Shown here piece after piece: positions 14,401 through 23,853 of a DNA stretch of 64,000 bases; positions within the stretch are counted from its first letter, which is position 1; each line of letters starts with the position of its first letter. Source of the DNA: Ptychomitrium polyphyllum (taxonomy: Eukaryota); assembly GCA_973851085.1 (NCBI GenBank), contig OZ316776.1:12772001-12836000 (forward strand), written 5' to 3'. The translations under genes were made by a program, and so were the position numbers. The notes beneath the pieces were generated by a model, which saw only the letters and a list, made by a program, of their open reading frames with translations, was not told the origin of the DNA and did not search any database.

Positions 14401-14988
14401 AGTATCACATCCGAGAACATGACCCTACTTTAAAACTGGATTCCCACATTCAGCTGGATTTTGGTAGCCGTATTTTTTCAGATGTATTCCATCAAGATTT
14501 GCGATAAGAATCAAGTTTTAGAAAAACCAAGGATAGACCATAATTAACGACTTCAACATTCATCACAAAAGCTCTGAAACGACATTGACATACACATGCT
14601 CCTCGAACCCATTGCGACTCAACAGCACAAAAAACCGTCAGAAAACACTAGTAGAAAAACTCTATTCATTAAAAAACACGCCTCAGGAAACATAAAACGC
14701 ATGTCCTTCATTCAACATACATTCCTGCACATACAATTGCGCCAACATTCACAAACAAGAGTCTTCAAAGCGATGTCGTCACAGAGAGAAGGATGGATAT
14801 GAACCTGAATCCCGCTGGATTACATCTTGCGCTGAACCCCGAACCGCCTCGACCCTCAAAGCATGAATTCCACTTGCCGCAAACTCCCGCCCCACTTTGC
14901 ACAACTCGTTCGCACAGGACCGCAATTGCACGACCGCGCGTGCCCTAGTGGGAGAAAAACTGGCGCCAAGTCTGAGAACCGCGGCCAT
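11452..14988 (-). CDS. ldpA: LdpA-like iron-sulfur protein (homolog of the cyanobacterial light-dependent period protein), probable plastid transit peptide, about 483 aa
   Basis: 12 phase-consistent exons: 14988-14805, 14328-14189, 14067-14019, 13771-13598, 13350-13190, 13043-12974, 12765-12675, 12498-12429, 12303-12208, 12080-11981, 11871-11741, 11637-11452. Motifs: WVKLICGASFED, DCIDCAAD, RPWIMVSINDDEDPHFRKAEFD, CPTDCLRPCKRVCP, CYGCGRCLPICP, DAIEIHT, WQLDGRPMSGDIG, QLAGGTN, AGVAYGGYARK. Confidence 0.9.
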
Positions 14989-15893
14989 CTTCACATCACA
15001 GAATCCCTCAGAGTCCGAATTGTGGGTTGCAATCAACCCAAAGGCTCTCTCTCGAAAACAATGGTGCCAATGGCCATGGCCGCAACGGCGAATGCAGTTG
15101 CCGCCTTGTCTTTTAGCCTAGTCAGATTCTCCCGGCGGCATGCTGTGAACTTGGGGAACTCGCCAGGAACGCTAAAGTTTCGGGTTCCGGAAGCCTTGAT
15201 AACCGTCCTCGCAGGCCGCGCGACTCTCTTCCTCTTCGCAACTGCATGGCGGCAGCAATTCCACAACTGTCAGATAAGTCCCTTGGGTTTCAAATGTTCA
15301 TCATCCTCGTGCGGCCGGCATTCTGAAGCGGTTGCCATTGCATTGCAGCTGCCATTCTGGACTCGCTTGGCGTCGTCACTCATTGTCTTCCACAATTTTA
15401 GCTCACTGGTTCGGAGTTGCAACATGACCGTGGTTGAGTTTGTAGGGGGCCCAATTTCTTTCCTCTGTGATTTTTGAGTTGATTGTTCATGTGAAGGAAG
15501 GCTTGAAATGTATGTCCATTCCGTACGTCTTTTCTTACGCGGTTATTGAGGGCTCTTTGTGTCCTTCTGTTGTTTCGTGACGAAAATTTGAAAATGACGG
15601 ATTCGGGTTCATCTGACAGTCGCAGAATCTCTCCACTCCCTGTGTGATGCCATTGACAGCTTGAATCCCTTCACGAATCTAGAAGTCGCGGACGCCTTTC
15701 TGAAACCAGTCATCATTCGAGATAGAAACGCATCATTGACATATCCAGCTGTGGTCATATTTTTACTTCCGGCAGACTGGACAGAATCTCGCATGTCAAG
15801 AATGCTGATGACTGCCGTGCCTCGTTTCGCAAATACATTTTAGGGTCCAGGGAATCGTACGCGATACAAACTCCGTGTGAATAACAGTTCAGA

Positions 15894-17218
15894 ATGTCGA
15901 GTGAAGAGGACGAGGAAGACGGGGAGGGCGAGGAGGGAGACAAGGTACACACCCATCCATCCCAAGCTCTAACCTCCTTCAGCTACAAAGTGACTGATTC
16001 ATTCAAGACCTTGGGGTCTGACACTGTGGATTTCAACAGGAGTTTTCATGGAGTGGGCTCATCGAGGATTACGAACCTGTGGGGCCGGGCATCGCGGGGT
16101 ATTCTAACGGCGACGTGTTCCAAGGCACCTACTTGGGCGGCAAGCGGCACAATGTTGGGAAATACACGTTTACGAAGGATGGCGCAGTTTATGAGGGGAA
16201 TTATACAAACAATCAGAAGGCTGGATACGGGACCATGACCTACCCTGACAAGAGCATCTACACAGGTTTGCCATGCCTTCATCTCTTGGGAAAACCCCTA
16301 AAATTACAGCTTGGCATGTCTACAGCAGTAGCATGGAAGTTCAATTGTGTGTACTCTTTACAAATCCGAAGCTCTATATTTGCTTTCAAGAGTTAGATGC
16401 AGGTTTCAGTATCATATGCTTGTGAGCTTTGCAGGAGCATGGTACCAAGACACGAGGAGTGGAGAAGGGCAGTATACGTATGCCAATGGCGACATCTACA
16501 AGGGAGGGTGGTCCGAGAATAAGAAACATGGTGTCGGTACATATTTCTTCAAGAATACCATGGCTCAAGTAAGCATTTCTGATTTTTTAATGACTTTTTA
16601 GAACTTATAACAGCTTTGTATTCACCCGAGAAAAATAGTGCTGTCAATGCAGGCTCATCAGAGTGTGGTACTCCAGCAGTACGAGATTGTTTGTACCTTT
16701 GTTAGATTGCAGAGAATTAGGTGGCATTGTGTAACCGAAACTTTTGGTCGTTGCCCAACGCGCTCGTTTGATTCGGTTGCCATAGAGTTCTCATATAAGG
16801 ATTTTGACGTCATAATATTGCTTGAAGGATTAGTCTTGTGGAAGTGCATGCTTAGTTGAGTGCAAGATTTTGGCGCTGGTTATAATTTGTCTAATTGTTT
16901 TATTGGATTGTGAAGTTCATTGGGGATTGGGAGAAGGGATTCTTCGTGAAAGGGAAGTGGTTGTTCTGTAATGGTGATTTCTACGAGGGCGACTTTGCCA
17001 AGAGCAAGCCTCAAGGGCCAGGGAAGTTCATGTTCTTCCGGTCCAAATCAACGGTGACCGGCACATTCGAGAAAGGCAAGTGGACGATTGGCTCTACCAA
17101 ACAAACCCCTGCAAAAGAAATACTTGACTATGCCATGAAAGCTGCGCCGTCATTATTTGCTCCTCAGCTGGATGCCAAGAACCTGCAGTCATTTGTCATT
17201 CCTATGAAATTCAAATGA
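15894..17218 (+). CDS. MORN-repeat protein, radial-spoke head RSP10/RSPH1-like, about 237 aa
   Basis: Exons 15894-15944, 16040-16265, 16435-16568 and 16916-17218 (last acceptor AAG). Acidic N-terminus, then about 7 MORN repeats (NGDVFQGTYLGGKRH, GAVYEGNYTNNQKAGYG, YPDKSIYTGAW, NGDIYKGGWSENKKHGVG, QFIGDWEKG). The radial-spoke assignment rests on remembered similarity. Confidence 0.85.
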
Positions 17219-20200
17219 GACTCACACTAAGAAATTCAGAATGATTCTCTGTGGCGGTAGGACAAACGTTACAAGCAATTTGCTGAATTATTGTTTGAGC
17301 ATGTAGAAGCTAGATTGTCGATGGTATTCATGAACCCCCAATTTTTGTAAATATAACTGATGGGAGGTCACGGTACAGTACCCTCATAAATGGTCGGTTG
17401 TAAGGTCTGTTATGCAACAGATTTTCAGTTTGGGAGTGGACGAGATCACTTACATGTGAGGCAATCATGCACTTTTTTGGTGAGCATCATAATTCTCTCA
17501 ACCTGACTTCATTGTCATACATGAAGAAGGCCGAAAGAGGAACGTACTATGACTCTGTCCTGAATGAAGACCTTCCAGATAAGTATTCACGACATTCTCC
17601 ACAACATCTTTGTAGTCATAATACTGTCGTCGAGGTATGATTTCTTTAGCGTTCACTTTGTTAATCTGAAGGCTCAGTCGGAGTCGGTGGGAGAAATGGG
17701 TTTAACACGATTTGGGTCAACTTTGTAACACTGGTGACATCACTGGGTGCTAACAAGAACTGTCAACGTTCTTTGGATTTCACTTTAAAGAACTGTATTG
17801 TGTATAGTGTGCCTCATTACAACAGCAATAGGGTCCCAGATATCTTCATCTTGTGTTTATGGTGCTGTACTTCTGTAAGTGTTACTAATTTTTTCTGATT
17901 TTAAGCAGTGGGCTATGTCCAAGTAGACACCATGGTGTCGAAATCTCTACACGTTGGGACAAACTGGTACTTGAATATGTTAGAGGTTATTGTAGAGACA
18001 CAGCAGTAGGTCAATAACAGTGGACGGTAATGCTTTGAGAGAGACGGTGCTCTATGTTGGCTCAAGTCACATGTTCAAAGAAAAACAACTCATGCCTTAT
18101 ATTTTTATAGGTGACCGGCTTCAATCAACTTGAGTCTCTTTCTTCTTTCAATTGCCTGTACCCTTAAGCCACATGTTCATGATAATTATGGGAGGAGGTT
18201 TAGTAGAACAATACAGTCCAATATGGCTTGTAAAAGATGTCCTATTTCATTGGAGTAGACTGGGGATGTTGATGCAGAGATGGATACATGAAGTTGATTG
18301 TGGTGCAGTAGGTGACTAATTGTAATTTAGTGCACTGATCAGGTGATTACCACCCAATTTCTGCACAGCCATCCAAGTCTTCTGTTTGTGAAACACAGTC
18401 ATAGACTGCCCTTAATGGTAGTTACATTTGATAAATTCAAAGTTCATCACCTGCCTATGAGTGTTGTCCTTTATGTAGCATAAACTGTCACAAAGATGGC
18501 AAGGTGGTGATTTTAGTAACATCTTCTGAAGTGATGAAATGTACTTGCCATATTAGTGGATGATTGTACAGATGACTGTCACTGTGAGAGTTCAATGTAT
18601 GTTCCTTGTCGACTGGCATCATGGACAAATTATGTAAGTGTTTTTTCTGGCATGAGAATACAAGGTGCCAGTGGCTCCTGAAATTGTCAAGCTGCCTAGG
18701 AGATATTCATACTTTGTGTTAGTTATCTCAGCTTTGATGGACCACTTGTTTGGGTAGAACTCCAGTTGTTATAAGGCATGACAACAAGGACAGTAGTGAC
18801 AGGCCAACAGCTTGTGAGACTTAGGAGAGGACAAAGCAGTTGTTGCAAGAATCTGCACACTACCCATATGGAAGGGTCAGATTCCATTTATGTCAAATAA
18901 TTATTTAAGTTGATAAAATGGAATTCAACACTTTGAAAAACATTGAACAAATTTCTAATAGTTAATCAAATACAAGCTGTAATATAATCAGACCTTAATT
19001 CAAAACTTAGTGAAAGTTTACTATCTATGCAAGAAAATAATGACCTGAAATTACTGTCACAGGATCCACTAAAAGAATATTGCCTTTGTAAAATTACTGA
19101 AGCTAAAAATATTTTCACAAAATTGTGCAGAATGATGAAGTTGGATTCTGTTCACAAGGGTGTGGATCTAAAATATTCAGTGTACTAATCCCAGTGGAAG
19201 CGACTGCACTTGCAAGCTATTGTTGTGAAAACACGTGTAATAGGTCCATGGAAAATATGTGGTTGTGTTCCAAAGTTATATGGAACCAAAGAGCTAATAG
19301 AAGGGTAGGTTTTGTAGGCTCCTGACCTTACCTCCATTCCATACATTTGGCTCAGCACAATTTGGGTAGAAATTTGAGAAAAGTCATAATTTTTAAACTC
19401 CAAGGAATCCAGACTCCTTTACTGTTCAATCAAATTTTTCACAAGGATCAAAATGAAAGGATGTTCACAGAAACACTTCCCAAAGCCATTGAGGGATCTC
19501 TAGAAACAGCAAGACTCCATGATTGCCTAGACTTCGTAAAGAACATGCAAATAATGGGTCCACTCACTGCAATCAAAATTCAGAGGATACGGTGGATTAC
19601 ATCCGTGCTCTGCCATGCTCACAGCAGCACCCCTCCTGAACCCATCCCTGAACACACCTGCATGCTGGACTAGAGATGGGCATACAATGGATGAGAATGC
19701 CAATGCTTTTTGGCTGCTGATTCTGCATCAGTTTTGGATGAAACTCATGTTGTCATTCTGAGCCCATAGGTGGAACTTGTGGCTTAGAGCAGCTGACTGA
19801 GTCTGTGTGCTTTAGGATTCCGCCTAACTCCTTGGAGTGATGATTGTGAGCCATGTTAAATTGCCTTATATTTAATTTCACACCAGTTTTATACAAAGTC
19901 CCATGCCCAGGAAACACAAGTTCCAATAATAAAGGTGGCATGTAACATCCCAAGGGACAACCCCCTACCGTAGGAGCCTTATTGGGTGTAATTTTAACAA
20001 CCCGGGCATCCCTGGAGGTGTGGGGTGGTAGAAGAGACAAAGCTTTTGGCATTGCCCATTCAAAGGGGACTCCACTGTGGAAGCTGAGAAGAGATTATTT
20101 GGTCCTTGCGTAAATTCACCAAGAGTTGGAAATGTTCTTAACTTAGCCCATAGTATGTTAGCCCATGAATCTGCAAGCCCCTCTGCCTGCAAAGGTTCCC

Positions 20201-21055
20201 TGTGGAGTTCTGATAGATCCTATGAGAGTATTCTAAAAGTTACACCAGGAATTGTTAAGTTTTATTGTAATAACTATTTTGGCATATTAGAGGTGTCCAA
20301 GAAACTTTTCCTAGCATCAATGATGTATTAATATCCCATAATTGATACAAACTAAGAATGGGCATTGCATACTAGAATGCGTACACTCTTTTAGAAAGAT
20401 TTGGTGGAAAACATAATCTACTTGTTTCTAAAGGTGGACTCTCTAACTTCTCATAGAAATCTATATATTTTTTTTCTTTTTTCTTGTAATTCATATTAAC
20501 TTCTAGTTGAGTGTACACTACCATTAACCATCAAAACACAATATTCATTATAAAGAGATAAAATGACAATTTTGTGAAGTATATCAATTTGTATAGATTT
20601 AATTCAAATCAAGCTAAATTGCATATCTTATAAACCGTTTAAATGCAAATTCAATGGCTTTTGGCTCCTATGGCTCATCTATTTAACCTCTTTTGAATCT
20701 ATTTTATCTTTGGGATTATTTTGGAGCTTTGAAATTTTCTATTATAATGAATATGATGCTTCAATCTCTTGTTATTTGTGGTTTAAGTTTGGTGAGTGGT
20801 GGTAAAGAATTGAAATTGGATACAAATGGAATAATAGTGTTAGTCATTGAAAAGAAGGCAAATTTATAATGTACTAAGACCTAAATTAGTGTGAGTGAAT
20901 TGATTTACATGCAAGAGTAGGCTACACTATCAGTAAAATACATCCAATCATACTATGAATAAACTCATTCATTCATTTTTTCATCCAATTTTTTTTTGGG
21001 TCATTTTTTTCATTAAATTTGAATCTACCACTCAAAAGCTGTATTCAAATGTAAG

Positions 21056-21112
21056 TATTTGACAATACTATATTTGACAATACTATATTTGACAATACTA
21101 TATTTGACAATA
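21056..21112. repeat. 15-bp tandem repeat (tatttgacaatacta) x3.8
   Basis: Three perfect units and one partial unit. Confidence 0.9.
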
Positions 21113-21293
21113 TTTTTGTTCAATACACATATAAAGATACCTTTGAAATTAATATACATCCATATTATGTTGAATAGTGTAAGTAAGGTGAGGAATTAAC
21201 AACCACTAAAATTTGTGACAAAGAAGGCTTTTGGGTGCAATTTTAGATGGGAAAAATGTGGTTAACATAAGTTTAATACATGGTGATTATTGG

Positions 21294-21710
21294 TGTCACG
21301 GACATAGATCATGCAACATAGTCCTTAGAACATTCTAGAACCTTCTAGTATACTATAATAGCCTCTTCAAATACTTCTAGATGTCTCCATAGTCTTTCCA
21401 TGTTCTTAAGAAGCTTCCTAGGAAAGTTCTTCCACCTTAAGAAACTTCCTAGGAAGGTTCCCTAGACTTCCAGAACATTCTTAAGCCTTGTAGGAAGCTT
21501 CTTTAGAAATATCCTAGGAGATACAAACATCATAGTATAAATAAGAGGCAAGACAAGGTATTCCTTAGTCTTGCCAATACAAGTTGTGGATCATCTTGAA
21601 TCCTGCCTTGTTCTAATCATTGTATCAACTTCTTGTTAATTATTAGCTCTTTGGAAGCTAATTCTTGGGAAACACTTTGTTTCTGCTTCTTGTTTCTTGT
21701 GTCCCTAACA
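21294..21710 (+). repeat. 5' LTR of the outer element (417 bp)
   Basis: tgtcacggac...gtccctaaca; TATAAATA at 21536-21543; two copies of an about 31-bp U3 unit. Confidence 0.93.
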
Positions 21711-21712
21711 GT

Positions 21713-21724
21713 TTGGCAAAACTA
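21713..21724 (+). promoter_or_regulatory. Putative self-priming primer-binding site of the outer element
   Basis: ttggcaaaacta is 11/12 complementary to tagtcttgccaa (21566-21577), which starts 30 nt after the first T of the LTR TATA box. Confidence 0.7.
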
Positions 21725-21919
21725 CTCTTCATTTTTGTTAGAGCTAAGGTTCTTTGAAGAAGATTCTGGATTACTCATCTTCTTTAGGATTCCATAGCGT
21801 CTTAGAAGTTGCGAATTACTTTCTTTTAAGTTGGCACCATAGAGTTAATTTCTCCTTCTAGAACTCAGTATTATTTCTTTCAAAGAACGTAGATTTTCCT
21901 CCTTTGAAGGTACTCATAG

Positions 21920-23063
21920 TATCGCAACCCTTGCAATGCACCTTAGCAAGCGTCACGCGCGTCAACCCTGTACACCCCCACATGCACATGGTTAACCCCC
22001 ATTATCACTTTCCAAGTCTTTCTATCATTTCTCTTAGGACACCCAATTTATTAGTAGCCAATGGTTAGGTGCGGACTTCCATTCATGTTCAAGGCCTCAC
22101 TTGGTGTTACTCCCATTCCACACGGCCTAACCGCACTTAGTGGTATCTCCTCACCACCACTCATGATGCCTAAGTGATCTTAAGATCATCCCGGGCCATC
22201 ATGGTGCCGGCGTGAAGACACCATCCCAATTTAGTGGTAACAAGCGTACCCTTTTGAACGTGCTAGTTCCCTTCGTGAAACCGGCCGTCCACCGGCTCAC
22301 AATGGTGTGGGAGTCCCCGTGGTGAAGCCCCAACACTAGCTCCACCAACCGGGACTTACCCTTGGTCTCTACCGGGACACTAGGGGAGTGGGGAGGGGGA
22401 CCAGCCCTCCCTTATAGTACTCTCTGTGGGATTCGGCAGCCCTCTGGCCCTCTGGAGCTAGCTGAACCCCGACACACCTAGAGTTTTAGAAGACCACCCG
22501 ATCCCCCTTGGGACTTAGCCGTTGGAAGCCTCCGAGACTCCCAGCGGACCTTTAGGGCGCCATATCTTCCTCATCCGGTGCCCGAATGTATCAAGCGACT
22601 ACTCTATCGTCATTTACTCTTTGCGTAGATGCCGATAGACTCCTCAAACGTCCAATTTGAGTTAGTATTGTGGGAGATACGCCTCTCCCAAGGTTCGGGA
22701 CTCCCGGGGAGTCCCTCCCTGGACTGTTCCACTCCAGCACAGTCACTGTGTAGGGCTGCCACACTCCAGAACAGCCCCTTGGCAATCCCAACTTTGGGGT
22801 GCCATAACTTTTAGCTCCCATGTCCGATTTGGGCAATCCTTAGCATTCTAGAATCAGCTCTTCATGATTCCTTTAATGCCCACAATTTATCCCTCGTGGC
22901 CCTCGATCTACATGGACAAGGATGTTTCTCCCCCAAGGGGTCCTTTCCATGTTAGGCCCACTTGGTTCTCCTCACTATTGGCGCCACAAGTCCCGGACGT
23001 CACTTCGGGGTCCCCCTTGTGCCCTTAGTGTTGCGAGCACTTCTCAGGGCGAGGTGCGCGACA
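21920..23063 (-). repeat. 3' LTR of the inner element (outer terminal TG mutated to TA)
   Basis: tatcgca...gcgcgaca, matching 28537-29680 at offset 6617. Confidence 0.95.
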
Positions 23064-23853
23064 CTCACCTGCACCCAAATGGAGTCGATGCCCTCATCGA
23101 CTATACTTGTAGTCGGCACACCAAATCCAAGGTTGCCATCCTCTAGTAGTGCAGCATTGTGTTTCATCCAGGGTGCGACCCCCACAATGCACTCATAAGT
23201 CTTTGGCAATGTCTCAAAGGTGTCGTTTAGGAGGTGGTCTGTTTAGGCACCTTAGACAAAAATCTTTGGGGCCCTAAACTATTCTAGACCTACCTACTTT
23301 GAGACCCTCTTGGGATACACTCCCTAGTTAGGCTACACTTCCCTAATTCTTCCTTTTTGACTAGGCTGGACCTCAATGCTCCACCAAGTTGTCTTGGTTG
23401 CAAACCCAAGGTGGCTTTTATTCCACGACTCGATCGCACGGGGGTAATGCCAAGTTCCGCCCAACCTGGATTCCACTATCTCTATTGAGACATGAATTCA
23501 TGACTCCCATGCACTAACTTTTGTTAGTTTGTAGGAGTGGCGCTTTTATGAGCACGCGCCATTACCTTGTCCTCGCCCAAACAAGCCCGAGGCGAGGAGG
23601 TTTCATGATTTTAATCATTCCTCCTCCAAGCCTTGGTCCCCATTACTCGGCCTTCCCAACTTGGTTTCACATGTCTATTCCGCCTCTTCTACCAACTTAG
23701 CACAAGCACAAGACTAGGACGTCATCTTATACTCTTCTCTTTGCACACACAAAAGTTAAACTTTATTGCCATAAGTCAAAGAACCAATACATAATGTGAA
23801 GAAGTTATAACTACAAGCCACTCTCCCCCTACTAAAAGAGATTGATGTCCTCA

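Noticed and set aside
14863..15477. 204-aa plus-strand ORF overlapping LdpA exon 1 and its leader
   Set aside because: No recognisable motifs; explained by GC-rich 5' region
22591..22836. Identical 81-aa ORFs at 22591 and 29208
   Set aside because: They lie inside the two LTR copies, so the identity reflects the LTR duplication
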